64,000 nucleotides of DNA from Monocercomonoides exilis PA203 (GCA_001643675.2 LSRY02000033.1:310001-374000); one strand, 5' to 3'; positions 35,030-47,560 are shown, numbered from the stretch's first letter. Translations and numbers: made by a program. The notes: generated by a model from the sequence alone, not told the origin.

Positions 35030-37828
35030 TATGGTAAAATTGGAGGAGAATTTCGTAGACAAAAGAAACAGAGAAAATCAATCAAATATTTGTTGGAATG
35101 GAGTTCAATACCAACACTGCAAAGGCTGAAAAATACATTTTTCTTGAATGAAACATCAAATTACAGATCAATGAAAGGCAATTCCTATTTCATCTTTGAG
35201 AAGGAAACAACAATCATAGCAACGCGGTATTTGGTGGAGATGAGTGTGATTATTCCACTGATACAGATCTGATTGGATTTGTGACTATTCATCAGATAGA
35301 CACAATCATTGTGAGCAGTTTGAGTGGATCAAACGAAAAACAGTGTGGGACAAACATTCTTCCTTGTTATTCAATTGATCATGGGCAGGAGCATCTGACT
35401 TCAGATTTCATGAGTGTGATGATTGTTGTCGAAAAGTGTGTGATTGAGGAAGAGATAAATCTGGAGGAGATGAGTTTGAGTTCAAAGAGCAGAGGCTTGT
35501 GTGAAGTTGAAGTGAAATTGGATATTACATGAACTAGAGGGACTTTAGTTACAACAATAGGAACAGTGTCATTGGCAAGAGTGGACTTTGTATTTGAATC
35601 AAATTTCATTTCTTCACATGGATCGTTGATATCACCAGAGGGAGGAATTCTTGAGATAATGAATTGTTCATTCACAACAAAACAATCTAATGAAGAAGGA
35701 AATGAATTAGCAAGCATTCCATTTCACATAATAAATATGGAAAAAGGAGAATTACAACTTGACGGATGCTCTTTATCAAATCTCATTCTTCATGAATCTG
35801 CATTATATCTTTCATCACCACTTCCATCAGCTATTGATTCTTTAACAATTTGCAATTCAACAGTTTCAAAATCTCTGATAGATATTACCGAATGTGGTCA
35901 ATTAACAATTAAGGATTTCAATGCAGAAAATATCACAGTTGAAGGAAATGAAGAATCGTTGATATCTTGTTTGTCAATGAAAAAGACAATACAATTGACA
36001 AATTGCACAATTGGTGGAGTCGGTTCAAAGACCACAAAAGGGAAATTGATGAAAATGGAGAATTGTTTGTATGTGAAAATGGACAGTTGCGTTTTTGATG
36101 GGAGTTCAAAGGAAAGAAATGAGCAATATTTGAACGAGGAAGAAGAGAAGTGCAGATGGGATGGATCTGTTGTGGATATTGTGAAGAGTTCTGTTTTGAT
36201 GAAAGACACAACAATATCAAATTCACCAGAAGGTGGAGTCACAATGAGTGAAGGAAATGTGATAATTGAAAAAGGAGAGTTCATTGACAATAATCTATCA
36301 ATTGAAGGATATCCATCGATGAGAAGAAACATTATATGTTTTGATTCAGGAATATTGAATGTGATGAGTTTAAAATGAGGAGATGGATTGAATGATGACA
36401 CATCACTTTGGATGCTGAATGAAGGATGCAGTTTTGAAGGGATTGTTTCTGAGAGAGATTCATCATTTTTCATTCCTGTGCTGGAGAGTGTGGAAGCAAA
36501 AGAAGAGACAGATAGAATGAAACTGACATTCAAAGGGATGCTTTTTGTTCCATGCAATCTGTCATTTTCAATTGTGAAGAGGAAGGGAGAAGAGAAAGAG
36601 ATTGAAAATTATGATTTTGATTCAAATGAGTTTTTTCCAGAAAGAGAAGTTGAGGGAAGTGTGGCAAAAGATCTTATCAACAGTTGTGGAGATGAAATAG
36701 AAGTGAGTGCTTCAATTTTGTCAGGGAATTCAAATTCTCCATCTTCAACAAATTCATTCATTCTGAAGGACAAAAGTGAGACTATACCAAAAAAAGATGA
36801 TGTTATCTCAAAAAGAGAGTTATAAATTGAATGGAGTTTGGTTGCCTTTATTAAGTGCGTTGTCATTTTTTAAAATTTTTGTTGCTTTGTTTGTTGTGGT
36901 TGTTGTGCATTTGCGAAGGAAGTTAATGGAAGCTGAAAACAAGTTAGAGGCAGCAGATTCAGAAGCAAAGCAAATAATGGGGAAGATTGAGAGGAGAAGA
37001 AGGGAAAGCAATGGAGGGAGCTTTGAGATGAGTGAGATGCCATCCACACTGCTGGAAGGAATGACGAGCCAAATTCCACTTCTCATTGACAACGATGAAG
37101 ATCTTCCAGAACCTCCGTCAGTGAACAATGAAATACTGAATGAAGATGATCTTCCAGATTTGGAATCTACATTGACATTTTCCGAGAATAATTCTGCTGC
37201 TGGGATGCAACAATCCCATTCGTTCAATGTTATATCAGCAAAGAAGCCATTTAGAGAGAAGGAGAAAAAGAACATCAAAACATTGCATTCAGCAATTCAT
37301 TCTGTGCAAGGCAATTTCACACTTGGAACAAGAGCGATGAATGTTGTTGACGGGAAAGAAGTGGTTTTGGCAGTTGCAGAGTTGTTTGAGCATTTGATTT
37401 CTGTTGGAGACGAAAGGGTGGAAATGATGTCAAGGCAGCTGTGTCCGTATTCAATCTTTGTTGAGGAAGGGAACGAAAATGAAATATACCTATTGACAGA
37501 TGAATTGGAGGATGAAAAGGAGAAGGAAGAAATGAAGCGATGGCAGGCGCCAGAAGAAGGAGATGAGGAAATAGAAAAGGCAATTGTTTTCACACTTGGA
37601 CTGATTCTCCATGAAATGACAACAGGCGAAGTGCCATTGAGTGAATGCGATGCTGAAGAAGCGCAGGAGATGATGAGAGATGGAGTGCGACCGCTGACAG
37701 AGGGAATTGAAGGGGAAGATCTGATAGAACTGATGGAGGAAACGTGGGCAGATGAACCAAGGGGCAGGCCTTCTTTGGACGAAACAATAAAACTGTTGAA
37801 GAAAATAAATCAGAATGAAGATGACTGA
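35030..37828 (+). pseudogene. 5'-truncated pseudogene of the beta-helix receptor/pseudokinase family
   Basis: Colinear with the C-terminal part of 21519-31337 (QINExQF, TIIVSSL..N.KQCG...PC, CRWDGS, YPSMRRNIIC, FFIPVL, TM, RWQAPE...FTLGLILHEMTTGEVP). Stops at 35197 (TGA), 35530 (TGA), 36376 (TGA in place of the first Gly of SLKGGDG) and 36823 (TAA), plus a frameshift in the TM-coding region. Confidence 0.85.
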
Positions 37829-38340
37829 TAAAGTGCAGTGTTTAACAATCAATTTTCAAGACTTTCAGCAAAGAACTGAAGAATCAAAATATTTTATCAT
37901 CAGCATGAAACTTTAATATTCTTTTTATTGGAAATATTTTTTCGTTTTTAAGCAATATTTCTCTTTGAAGAATATTGAAGAGCATTTATCGAACTTGATG
38001 AAATGAATTCCTTTATTAAAATTTGCAATTGTTTGATGAAGTTCAAATTGCATAATATTGAAATTGCACAACAACAACAACAAACAAACAAACAAACAAA
38101 AAAAAAAGTGTTTTTTCGAAAATTTGAAATTATTTAGTATATGTATATTGATCAACTATATGTAAAGTATATTTATGATCAAAAGTGTTTTTTTATAGAC
38201 TTTGTTGTGTTGGTGGTTATCAATCATAAAATTTTAATTATCCTATGAAATTTATATGAAAGAGATTGCTTTGCTGAGGATCTTTTGACTGCTTTTCAAT
38301 TTTATGGGGTTTGTTTTCACATAAATAAAAATTGCTTTTT

Positions 38341-38416
38341 TTAGTTGATGAAACAAAAACATTCCATGCTAATGCTGATGTGCATGATGGATTATATGTT
38401 TTTTATTCTGAAATGT
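38341..38416 (+). ncRNA. Box C/D snoRNA, predicted 18S rRNA 2'-O-methylation guide (snR53/Am796-like)
   Basis: C box TGATGA 38346-38351; guide ATTCCATGCTAATG 38361-38374 abutting D' CTGA 38375-38378; C'-like ATGATGG 38384-38390; D CTGA 38408-38411. The guide is the reverse complement of the conserved 18S segment CAUUAGCAUGGAAU. Confidence 0.8.
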
Positions 38417-38853
38417 ATTTATGATTTCATTTTCATTTATTTTTTTGAAAAATTTTGATTTATTAGTTATCAAAATCAATTTTGTTCATATTTTCCATTT
38501 TATTTTGCAACATTATGATTTTATAGGTTCTTATTCAACGAAGTTTATTTTTAGAAGCTTCAAAACGTATTTCTTTTATTTTTTGTTTTTGTTGAATTAT
38601 CTCGTTTTTATGGAGTTTGACGTGTTATTTTTTTCTTCAAAATCAGTTCATTCCTTATTTTTTTAACTTTCATGAATAAATAATTAAAAATTGTTAACAA
38701 AAAGAATTCAACTTTACAAATGATGCTTACGATCAATTAAAAGAAAAGGATTCGTAATTTTAAGCTGATCTGCGAATAAAATGCCTTCGTAAATTAAAAG
38801 CAGAATTTGCACGAAGATATCTCCTTCGTCTTGGTTAGCTATTCCATTTATTC

Positions 38854-41800
38854 ATGGAAGCTCAAGAAAAAATGACTCTTAAAAGGCAAGATAGCACAGA
38901 ATCTTTGACAGAAAATCTTGAATCTTTTCATATCAAACGATTGATAATTGTATCGAACAGACTACCAATTACATTTTCAAAACCTGAAAAGAATGACGAT
39001 AGTGCAAACCGAAAGAAATTCATTCTAAAACCTTCTTCTGGTGGTTTAATTGCTGGTGTGATGGGAATAAAAAGTATTCCTTATACTTGGGTTGGATGGC
39101 TCGGAGGAGGTTCTGGATCTTTGCCCGAATCAGAGCAAGAAGAATTAGCACAACAAGTAAAAGAAGAATATGGATATATTCCTGTTTTTATCCCTGATGA
39201 TATTGCTAATCTTTATTACAATACTTTTTCGAACCAAGTTCTTTGGCCTATTTGTCATTATCGTCAGTTTAATCAAGACGCTCAGAATCCACAAAGCTGG
39301 GAAGCTTACAAAACCGCAAACAAACTTTTTGCAGATGCAGTTCTCGATTTGATTGAAGAAGGAGATGCTGTTTGGGTTCATGATTATCAATTGATGATGG
39401 TACCCCATTATCTTCATGAGATTCAGCCATTGATGACAATTGGCTTCTTTCTTCACATTCCATTTCCTTCATCTGAAATGTTTCGCACTTTACCTCAAAG
39501 ACGAGAGCTTGTTGGATCACTTCTCGATAGTAATCTTGTTGGGTTCCATACATTTGAATTTTGCAGGCATTTCATATCCACAGCGCAAAGAGTTATGCTG
39601 GATGCGGAGTCGTCAAGCGAAGGCATTTTGTGTCGAGGCAGGCAAACTGCAGTAAAAGCGTTGCCAATTGGAATTGACCCAGAGCGTTGGCAGACGATGC
39701 TGAACGAGAAGGAGACGATTGAACAAATACGCGGGCTGGAAGAGAAGTGGAAAGGGATGAAAGTGTGCATAGGGGTGGATCGAGTAGACTACACGAAGGG
39801 TCTTCTGCTGAAAATGCGGATTGTGGAGGCGATGCTGAAGCGGCACACAGATATGATAGGCTCCTTTGTGCTGTTCCAGATTGGCGTGCCGTCGCGGATC
39901 GACGTGAAGGAGTACCAGGAGCTGACGGACGAGTTGCACAAGGTGATTGGCGAGATCAACGGGAAGTTCGGGACGCTGGACTGGATGCCCATCCACTACG
40001 TCGGGCGCTCTGTCAATCCGCGCGATCTCGCCTCGTTCTATGCGATGTCAGACGCCTGCCTCGTGACATCCATCCGCGACGGGATGAACCTCGTTGCGCT
40101 CGAGTTCATCGCCTGCCAGGAGCAGAGCCAGGTGAAAGGGGCGCTCATACTGTCAGAGTTTGCGGGGGCGTCGATGCTGCTGCCGGGATCGTATCTCATC
40201 AACCCGTGGAATATCAACGAGTCGGCGGACATTCTGCACACAGCGCTACTGGAGGCCGGCACGCCTGGGTGTGTGGCGAGGCACCAGCAGAACTTTGAGA
40301 TCGTTGCACACACGAACACCGCAGAAGGGTGGGGCGCGCGCTTTTCGGAGGCGCTGCTGGAGTCCACAGCGGGGCGGATGTTCGATGCGAACGAGACCGA
40401 GGCGCTGACGAGGCAGATGCTCCTCGACGGCTTCGAGTCGAGCCAAAACGGGAAGCGCTACCTCTTCTTCGACTATGACGGAACACTCACGCCGATCGTG
40501 GGCCACCCATCGCACGCAGCGCCGTCGAAGAGCCTGCTGGCGCTGCTGAGGAAGATGGCAGAGCTGCCAGACACAGAAGTGGTCATTGTGAGCGGCAGAG
40601 ACCGGAAGTGCCTGGAGGAGTGGTTCGGAAGCTGCCCCGTGGGGCTGATTGCAGAGCACGGGCTGGTGTGGTGTGGGAAAGAGAGGACGCAGCAGAACAT
40701 GGCAGAGGATGATAAGAGCGAGGAGGAACATAACGTGAAGGAGAACGATTTGTCGCCTGATATTTCATTGGATGCATCAACAGGGCTGATGTCGACGTTT
40801 CAGCCACTGATGCAACATTCAACATCAACATCAGCACAAGAATCATCATCAGAATCGGCATCAGCATCATCTTCTTTCTCACAGTCATCACCTTCTCCAG
40901 TCTCATCGCCATCTGCTTTCTCTTCAGCTTCATCTTCAGCCACTAATCCATCGCCTTCTCCCTCTCCTCTTCCCAAGAACACCCCATCATCATCATCATC
41001 TTCTTCTTCCTCTTCTTCCTCCTCATCTCCGCCTTCATCCAATTGGACTTTGCTCTACCCAGACATCGATCTCTCCTGGATGTCCTCTCTTCTCCCTCTG
41101 CTGGAGTCTGCTGTTGAGCACACGACCGCCTCGTGGCTGGAGACTAAGCCTTCCTCTCTGTGCTTCCACTACCGCAAGTCGCCGCGCGAGTTCGGTGAGA
41201 AAATGGCGGCGGAGCTGCGGTTCAATCTGATGGCGAAGGCGACGACGCTGCCGATTGACGTGGTGTGTGGCAAGTGCACTGTGGAGGTGAGGCCGCTGGG
41301 CGTGAACAAAGGCGCTGCCATCAAAAAAGTGCTGCTGAATGTGTTTGGAGAAGGGGAGATGAGAGAGGAGAAGGAAGAGAAGGAGGAGAAAGAGGACAAA
41401 GAAAAGGAATTTGATGAGTTGGATGAGCTGAGTGAGGAGAATGAGGATGAGGAAACTGAAGAAGAAGAAGAAGAAGAAGAAGAATATGAAGGAAGAGATA
41501 GAAAAGACAACAAAAACGATCATAATGAAGGAAAGAACAGAAAAGATAACAATGAAAACAACACATTCAAGCAACAGAACGAAGAAAGCAAAAAAGCTAA
41601 AATGCCAGCCTCGAAGGCATCATCATCATCATCATCATCAACTTCTTCTTCTGCCACAACAGCCGCAACACCTCTTAATTCCCGTCTCACCCGCTCCTCT
41701 TCCTTCTCTTCCATTTCTGCTTCTTCTTCCATCCCTCGCTCTGCCTCCTTCTCTTCCCAGTCATCCGCTCCATTGAAAACATCACTCTCCAACTCTTCGC

Positions 41801-42132
41801 TTTCTTCCCTGTCATTTGCAGTCCCTGCGCCTGTGTATGCGACCGACGCCTTTGTGCTCTGCTGTGGAGATGACAGAACCGACGAAGACATGTTCGATTT
41901 TGTCAATCTGCTCCCACACGGCATGTCTGTTGTCATTGGCCCTCAGCCTTCTCAAGCACGCACTCGTGTCAAGTCCTGCTTTGCGCTTCTCCACATCCTG
42001 TCGCAGCTTGCCGGCAGGCTGGCGCACCAGCCGAGGCACAACCAGATGCTGATGGAGGAGAAGATGGCACACAGGCAGTTTATGATTTCGGAGCCGGAGG
42101 ACTCGGTTTCGAAGGGGATTGGGAGTTTCTGA
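38854..42132 (+). CDS. TPS: Fused trehalose-6-phosphate synthase/phosphatase (GT20 + HAD TPP)
   Basis: GT20 motifs: IIVSNRLP, SSGGL, LWPICHY, VWVHDYQL, GFFLHIPFPSSE, GVDRVDYTKG, RDGMNLVALEF, LSEFAGA. HAD motifs: FFDYDGTL, VSGR, NKG, GDDRTDEDMF. Confidence 0.95.
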   Translation: MEAQEKMTLKRQDSTESLTENLESFHIKRLIIVSNRLPITFSKPEKNDDSANRKKFILKPSSGGLIAGVMGIKSIPYTWVGWLGGGSGSLPESEQEELAQQVKEEYGYIPVFIPDDIANLYYNTFSNQVLWPICHYRQFNQDAQNPQSWEAYKTANKLFADAVLDLIEEGDAVWVHDYQLMMVPHYLHEIQPLMTIGFFLHIPFPSSEMFRTLPQRRELVGSLLDSNLVGFHTFEFCRHFISTAQRVMLDAESSSEGILCRGRQTAVKALPIGIDPERWQTMLNEKETIEQIRGLEEKWKGMKVCIGVDRVDYTKGLLLKMRIVEAMLKRHTDMIGSFVLFQIGVPSRIDVKEYQELTDELHKVIGEINGKFGTLDWMPIHYVGRSVNPRDLASFYAMSDACLVTSIRDGMNLVALEFIACQEQSQVKGALILSEFAGASMLLPGSYLINPWNINESADILHTALLEAGTPGCVARHQQNFEIVAHTNTAEGWGARFSEALLESTAGRMFDANETEALTRQMLLDGFESSQNGKRYLFFDYDGTLTPIVGHPSHAAPSKSLLALLRKMAELPDTEVVIVSGRDRKCLEEWFGSCPVGLIAEHGLVWCGKERTQQNMAEDDKSEEEHNVKENDLSPDISLDASTGLMSTFQPLMQHSTSTSAQESSSESASASSSFSQSSPSPVSSPSAFSSASSSATNPSPSPSPLPKNTPSSSSSSSSSSSSSSPPSSNWTLLYPDIDLSWMSSLLPLLESAVEHTTASWLETKPSSLCFHYRKSPREFGEKMAAELRFNLMAKATTLPIDVVCGKCTVEVRPLGVNKGAAIKKVLLNVFGEGEMREEKEEKEEKEDKEKEFDELDELSEENEDEETEEEEEEEEEYEGRDRKDNKNDHNEGKNRKDNNENNTFKQQNEESKKAKMPASKASSSSSSSTSSSATTAATPLNSRLTRSSSFSSISASSSIPRSASFSSQSSAPLKTSLSNSSLSSLSFAVPAPVYATDAFVLCCGDDRTDEDMFDFVNLLPHGMSVVIGPQPSQARTRVKSCFALLHILSQLAGRLAHQPRHNQMLMEEKMAHRQFMISEPEDSVSKGIGSF

Positions 42133-42605
42133 ACAATCTGTAATTTAATATTGTTGAATAATATTGTATATGTTTTTATCTTTTATTGAACCCTTTTATT
42201 TTTATTTTATTTTATTTTTTTATTTTTAGCAATTGCTATTTTTGAGTTTGAGTTTATGTTTTGTATTTTCGTTAAATCGAAATAGTTATCATATTTTCAT
42301 AAAGATAAGAAAACTTTTTACTTTTTTGCTGGAGAAAATTATAATCTTCCAATTAACTATGTGCATATTGAAAATTATAAAGATTGAAACTTTTAATTAA
42401 AACATTTCAAAAATCTTTGAATGCGCAAATGTTTCCAATAAAAAAAAAAATCTTTTTTTCTATTTCAAGGAAATATGCAAGAAGCTCAATTTAGAATAAC
42501 CAACGATATATTAATTATTTCTTGCAAGCTTCTCACATTGTTTTTGTTATCTTCATTGTTTCAATTATTTTTTTGTAACTTATGATCAAAACCTTAATTA
42601 TCGTA

Positions 42606-45600
42606 ATGGATAAGCCAAAAAAAGAACATCGTTCTCGTGGGCTTCTTGACAAAGATGCTCTTAAGAAAAAGAGAACAGAAGAAAAGAAGGAACATAAAAA
42701 AAATCCTAAAGCATTTGGAGTTCGTTCAGGGCTTCATGTCATGCGGCAAGCTCGAAGAAATGCTGATAGAGAGCAGCGCCGTCTTCACATTCCAAAAGTT
42801 GAACATACACTCAGCTTAAGAGAAGCACCACCTCTTGTTGTTGTTGTTCAAGGTCCTCCAAAAGTTGGAAAGACAACCCTCATCCGATCTTTCATTAAAC
42901 ATTACACAAACATGAGTGTATCAAATCCCATTGGACCAATAACAATAGTCTCCGGAAAACAACGAAGAATAACATTTTTTGAATGTCCTAATGATCTGAA
43001 TTCAATGATTGATGTTGCAAAAGTTGCAGATATATGTCTTCTTTTGATTGATGCAAGCTACGGCTTTGAAATGGAGACATTTGAATTTTTGAACATCCTT
43101 CAGACTCACGGATTTCCAAAAGTCATGGGCGTTCTTACCCATCTCGATAAAATGAAGGATAACAAAGCACTTCAAAAAACAAAGAAAAGACTGAAGCAAA
43201 GGTTTTGGGATGAGATTTCTCATGGAACGAAGCTTTTTTATTTGACAGGACTGCAACACAACAGATACCTTAAGCGAGAAATACAAAACATGGCAAGATT
43301 TTTATCAGTTATGAAGACCCTTCCGTTGACTTGGCAATCAACACATCCTTACTTGCTTGTTGATCGATGGGAAGATATTACCCCAACTGCAGACATTGCA
43401 CTTCACCCCAAATGCGACAGAAGCGTTGCATGCTTTGGGTATCTTCGTGGTACAGTTCTCTTTCCAGCATCGATGAATCTTCTTATGCACATGTGTGGAC
43501 TGGGTGACATGCAAGTGGTTGAGGCAGGCTCTGTCTCTGACCCTTGTCCGTTGCCAGATAAAGCAAAAAAGAGAAAACTCAATGAACGAGAAGTTAATAT
43601 TTACGCCCCAAGTTCAGATGTTGGAGGGCTTCTCTACGATAAAGATGCTGTTTATATCACACTCCCCAACCAGAACATCAACTACACACCACTGGCGATT
43701 CCTAACAGCACTTCAGCTCCATCAGGCTCAAAGCCAGGAGCATCTTCGACAAGCTCTTCTTCATCCTCCTCATTGGCTGCACCAGCAGCTGCACTGAGCG
43801 CAGGGCAGCCAGGCTATCTTCCGCCAGCAGAGACAGAAGGTGTGGAGATGGTGAGAGAACTGGCAACAGAAAGAGCATCCGGAATGCTCAGCAGCGTCCA
43901 CCGCGATGACGATTTTAAGCTGTTTAGCACCAGTAAAGGAGGGCTGGTACTGGAGGATGCTGTCGAAAATGAGAAGAAGGGAGGAAAAGGAAATAAAACA
44001 AAGAGAAAGGTCACAAACGATAGTGAGGAGGAAGAAGATGATGAAAGTGAAGAAGAAGAAGAAGATGATGAAGAAGCGGAAAGTGAAGCGAAACAAGAGA
44101 GACGAAGGAAAATGGGAACAGAAACCAAACTGAAGAAGCTCAAGCAAAAGAGAATGAAGACTGATGGAAAAGCAGAAGGAGATAGCGAAGAAAGTGACAA
44201 CGAGGATGAAGAAGACGATCTATTAGAATCAGACGATGGTGATTCGGAGGAAGAGGAAGAGGAAGAGGAAGATGAGGAAGATGATGACGATGAAGAAGAA
44301 ATGGAAGAGGTAATTACAGAGAAGGTGAGAACACGAATGAATCCCAATCTGAACCATTCGGCCAGCAGTTCTGAAGAAGTGAATGGAGACGACAGCGAAG
44401 AGGATTCAAGCGAATATCCACAAAACGAAGAAGATGACTCTGAGGCAAATGAAGAAGGTGAAGAGGAAGAGGATGAAGAAGATGATGAGGAAGAAGAAGA
44501 CGAAGAAGAAGAGCTTGAGGAAGAGGAAGAGGAAGATGAAGACGATGTTGTTGGAAAGCAGCAGTTTGGCTCAGACCGCATGTGGATGTCCAAAGCGCTG
44601 CATCGGGCAGAGACGCTGTTTGGGAGGCGAAGGCAGCCGATTATGGAGCGTATTTACGGGATGGGCTCAGCTGCCTTCTCTTCGGCTGCTCTTTCTGCCT
44701 CAGCACACACATCGCTTTCCTCTTCCTTCACCACCAGCAACAAGTCTTCAGTGAACCAGAAACGAGTGAGCGTCAAGCCGAACAGCCTGTCAGACGGAGG
44801 CGAAGGATACGAAGCAGCTGACGAGAACGAAGAGAACGACGACATGGCTGGCGGAGTGCTGAAGCCAGTTGTGACGCCGGAGGTGCTGAAGCTGAATGCG
44901 CTGGACACGACAAACGCGCTGCTGAACACGAGTCTGTCTGATATGGCGATCTCTGTGTGGATGGACGCAGATGTCAGAGAGCTCATTCGCGACCGCTTTG
45001 TGACAGGAGACTGGGGCGTGCGGGAGGCGCTGAGGGAGAAGAAGCGGAAGAGCCTGGAGGAGAAAGTGAGGAGAGGGGAGATGACTGAAGAGGAGATGGA
45101 GGACGAGATGAACAGGCTGGATCGGCTGGGAATGGAGGAAGAAGGAGAGGAAGGGGCAGAGGGAGAAGGAGCAGGGATGGATGAGGATGAGGAGGAAGGC
45201 TTTGGAAGCAAAAGGAGTGGAATGGCGAAAGACGACGAAGAAGGTCCGAAATGGTCAGCAAAAAGAGAGTGGGACAAAGGAAGAGACGACGAAGAAAGCA
45301 ATCCATATGAAAATACGGATACATACGATATTATCGAATCCTCAAAGAAAAAAGGGAAAAAGGACAAAGATGGAGAGAAAGGTGAAGGAAAAGGAGGGAA
45401 GAAAAGGGGGAAGAAAAGCGGAGAGGAAGAGGAAGAAGACCCCGAAGAGACAGCTTTTCAGAGAGAGCTGCTTGCGCAGAAGGCAGCGCAGGAAGCGCTC
45501 AACCGGGAGTTTCTTGCAGAAGCAGACAACGAGGCAGAGCTGGAGATGATCCAGGGCATCCAGCCAGGAAAGTACGTGCGTGTGGTACTGTGCGGCGTGC

Positions 45601-47114
45601 CGTGCGAGTTCTGCGACGGAAAGACAGTAGCAGCGCAGCGGGCGAAGATCGGAACGGTTCCTTTGATTTTGGGGGGCATTCCAATTGGTGAGACAACAAA
45701 AGGGTTTGTGAAGGTGCGGATTAAGAAGCACCGCTGGTACCCGAAGATCCTGAAGTCGTCTGACCCGCTCGTCTTCTCCATCGGGTGGCGGCGCTACCAG
45801 TCGCTGCCGATGTTCTCTATCTCTGACACTGCCGCCGGAGGCAGCGGCGGAGCAAACGCAGAGAAGCAGCGCCTGCTGAAGTACACCCCGCCCCACATCC
45901 ACTGCCTGGCGACGTTCTGGGGCCAGTTTGCGCCGCAGGGGGCAGGTGTCATCGCATACCAGCACACAGCGCTTCTGTCGCCCACGTTCAGAATTGCAGC
46001 GACGGGTGTTGTGATGGAAGCCGGCCATTCGTTCCGCATTGTGAAGAAGCTGAAGCTTGTTGGGTATCCGTTCAAGATATTCAAGAACACGGCGTTTGTG
46101 AAGGACATGTTCAACAGCGAGCTTGAGGTGGCGAAGTTCGAAGGGGCGAAGATCCAAACGGTGTCTGGGATCCGCGGGCAGGTGAAGAAGGCGCTGACGA
46201 CGAAGGGCCACCCGACCGGCTCGTTCCGCGCGAGCTTCGAGGACAAGATTCTTCTGAGTGACATCGTGTTTCTGAGGACGTGGGTGAATGTGGAGCCGAT
46301 CAAGTTTTACAACCCGCTGTTCACGCTGATTGAGGACGATGGAGAACTCACGGGAAAAGAGGAGATGAGAAAGAAGGCGGAGGAGGAGATGGACGGAGAT
46401 GGAGCTAATGAAGAAGAAGAAGAAGGAGAAGAAGGAGGAGGAGAAGAAAACGAGGCAGACAATGTAGAAGATGAAGAAATGGAAGAAGAAGAAGAAGAGG
46501 AGGAGGACAGTAAAGAGGATGATGAAGAAGATGAAGAAGATGAAGGGATGACAATTGAGCAAAGACTAAAGCAGTCATCATCCTCCTCATCTAACTCTTC
46601 TTCGTCGCTGTTCATCCGATCTGTTGGGGAGATCAGAGCCAGCCGCAATCTTCCTGTTCCCCAAAAGGCTGACTCTGGGTACGAAAGCTCGTCCAGCCGT
46701 GTGGTCGATCCGTATCAGCTGATGAAAGAGCGGAAGAAGCGCAGCGGCGCCTTCCCGCTGTCGGAGAAGCTGCGGAATGCGCTGCCGTTCAAGTCCAAGC
46801 CGAAGCTGGAGAAGAAGAAGAAGACGGAGAAGAAGCGGGAGAAGGACAGCCTGTATGCCATTCCGACGTTCCTGACGAAGGAGGACAAGGAGAGAGCCAC
46901 GTTTTTGCAGGAGCTGGCGACGATCCGCAACGAGAAAGTGGCAAAGAAGAAGCTGAAGAAGCATATTGATAACAAGAGGAAACGCGCACTGAAGAGGAAA
47001 GAGGAAGGAGAGAAGGCGAAGAAGCTGAGGCTGAGGAAGAAAGAGAGGTTCCAATTTGAAGGCTCGAAGAAGAAAACGGAGGCTTTGAAGAAAGGAAAGG
47101 GAAATGAATTGTAG
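42606..47114 (+). CDS. BMS1: Ribosome biogenesis GTPase BMS1
   Basis: P-loop [58 protein letters not shown], and C-terminal [60 protein letters not shown]. The start could be 42582 or 42606. Confidence 0.97.
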   Translation: MDKPKKEHRSRGLLDKDALKKKRTEEKKEHKKNPKAFGVRSGLHVMRQARRNADREQRRLHIPKVEHTLSLREAPPLVVVVQGPPKVGKTTLIRSFIKHYTNMSVSNPIGPITIVSGKQRRITFFECPNDLNSMIDVAKVADICLLLIDASYGFEMETFEFLNILQTHGFPKVMGVLTHLDKMKDNKALQKTKKRLKQRFWDEISHGTKLFYLTGLQHNRYLKREIQNMARFLSVMKTLPLTWQSTHPYLLVDRWEDITPTADIALHPKCDRSVACFGYLRGTVLFPASMNLLMHMCGLGDMQVVEAGSVSDPCPLPDKAKKRKLNEREVNIYAPSSDVGGLLYDKDAVYITLPNQNINYTPLAIPNSTSAPSGSKPGASSTSSSSSSSLAAPAAALSAGQPGYLPPAETEGVEMVRELATERASGMLSSVHRDDDFKLFSTSKGGLVLEDAVENEKKGGKGNKTKRKVTNDSEEEEDDESEEEEEDDEEAESEAKQERRRKMGTETKLKKLKQKRMKTDGKAEGDSEESDNEDEEDDLLESDDGDSEEEEEEEEDEEDDDDEEEMEEVITEKVRTRMNPNLNHSASSSEEVNGDDSEEDSSEYPQNEEDDSEANEEGEEEEDEEDDEEEEDEEEELEEEEEEDEDDVVGKQQFGSDRMWMSKALHRAETLFGRRRQPIMERIYGMGSAAFSSAALSASAHTSLSSSFTTSNKSSVNQKRVSVKPNSLSDGGEGYEAADENEENDDMAGGVLKPVVTPEVLKLNALDTTNALLNTSLSDMAISVWMDADVRELIRDRFVTGDWGVREALREKKRKSLEEKVRRGEMTEEEMEDEMNRLDRLGMEEEGEEGAEGEGAGMDEDEEEGFGSKRSGMAKDDEEGPKWSAKREWDKGRDDEESNPYENTDTYDIIESSKKKGKKDKDGEKGEGKGGKKRGKKSGEEEEEDPEETAFQRELLAQKAAQEALNREFLAEADNEAELEMIQGIQPGKYVRVVLCGVPCEFCDGKTVAAQRAKIGTVPLILGGIPIGETTKGFVKVRIKKHRWYPKILKSSDPLVFSIGWRRYQSLPMFSISDTAAGGSGGANAEKQRLLKYTPPHIHCLATFWGQFAPQGAGVIAYQHTALLSPTFRIAATGVVMEAGHSFRIVKKLKLVGYPFKIFKNTAFVKDMFNSELEVAKFEGAKIQTVSGIRGQVKKALTTKGHPTGSFRASFEDKILLSDIVFLRTWVNVEPIKFYNPLFTLIEDDGELTGKEEMRKKAEEEMDGDGANEEEEEGEEGGGEENEADNVEDEEMEEEEEEEEDSKEDDEEDEEDEGMTIEQRLKQSSSSSSNSSSSLFIRSVGEIRASRNLPVPQKADSGYESSSSRVVDPYQLMKERKKRSGAFPLSEKLRNALPFKSKPKLEKKKKTEKKREKDSLYAIPTFLTKEDKERATFLQELATIRNEKVAKKKLKKHIDNKRKRALKRKEEGEKAKKLRLRKKERFQFEGSKKKTEALKKGKGNEL

Positions 47115-47512
47115 AGGCTTGGGGCTTCTGCAGTTTTTATTTAAAAATACCGCTTTTTCTTTCTTCTTTTTCTCGTTTTCTTTTTCTTTTTCTTTTTAAA
47201 TAGAAAAAAGTGGGACTGAAAACGAATACAATTAACACTTCACTTTTAAATCGTCTGAGACATTTTCTAATCTCAACTTTTTTTCATTTCACAGCAGATT
47301 AAATACCAAAAAAATTCACTTCTCGTCTTCAGTGAAATTTTTGTGTTGAAAAAAAATTTTTTTTTATAAAAAATAAAATGCAAAAAATAATTAAATAAAC
47401 TTTTTTAAAAAAATGATTCAATGTTGGGAAATTTGAATGATAATTCAAAATTTGCAATGAGTTGTAAAAGTGAGACATATAAGATAAAAGAAGAAAACGA
47501 AAGAAGAACACG

Positions 47513-47559
<47 letters not shown>
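47513..47559. repeat. Poly-A run (47 nt)
   Basis: Directly visible. It lies ~22 nt past the stop of the minus-strand gene, so it would be poly-U in that 3' UTR. Confidence 0.95.

Positions 47560-47560
<1 letters not shown>

Noticed and set aside
35197-36378. Repeated in-frame TGA (also at 3435 and TAG at 1545) as stop-codon reassignment or selenocysteine
   Set aside because: The stops replace different residues (Arg, Gly, probably Trp) and co-occur with frameshifts. Intact genes are long stop-free ORFs ending in TAA, TAG or TGA. This is ordinary pseudogenisation.
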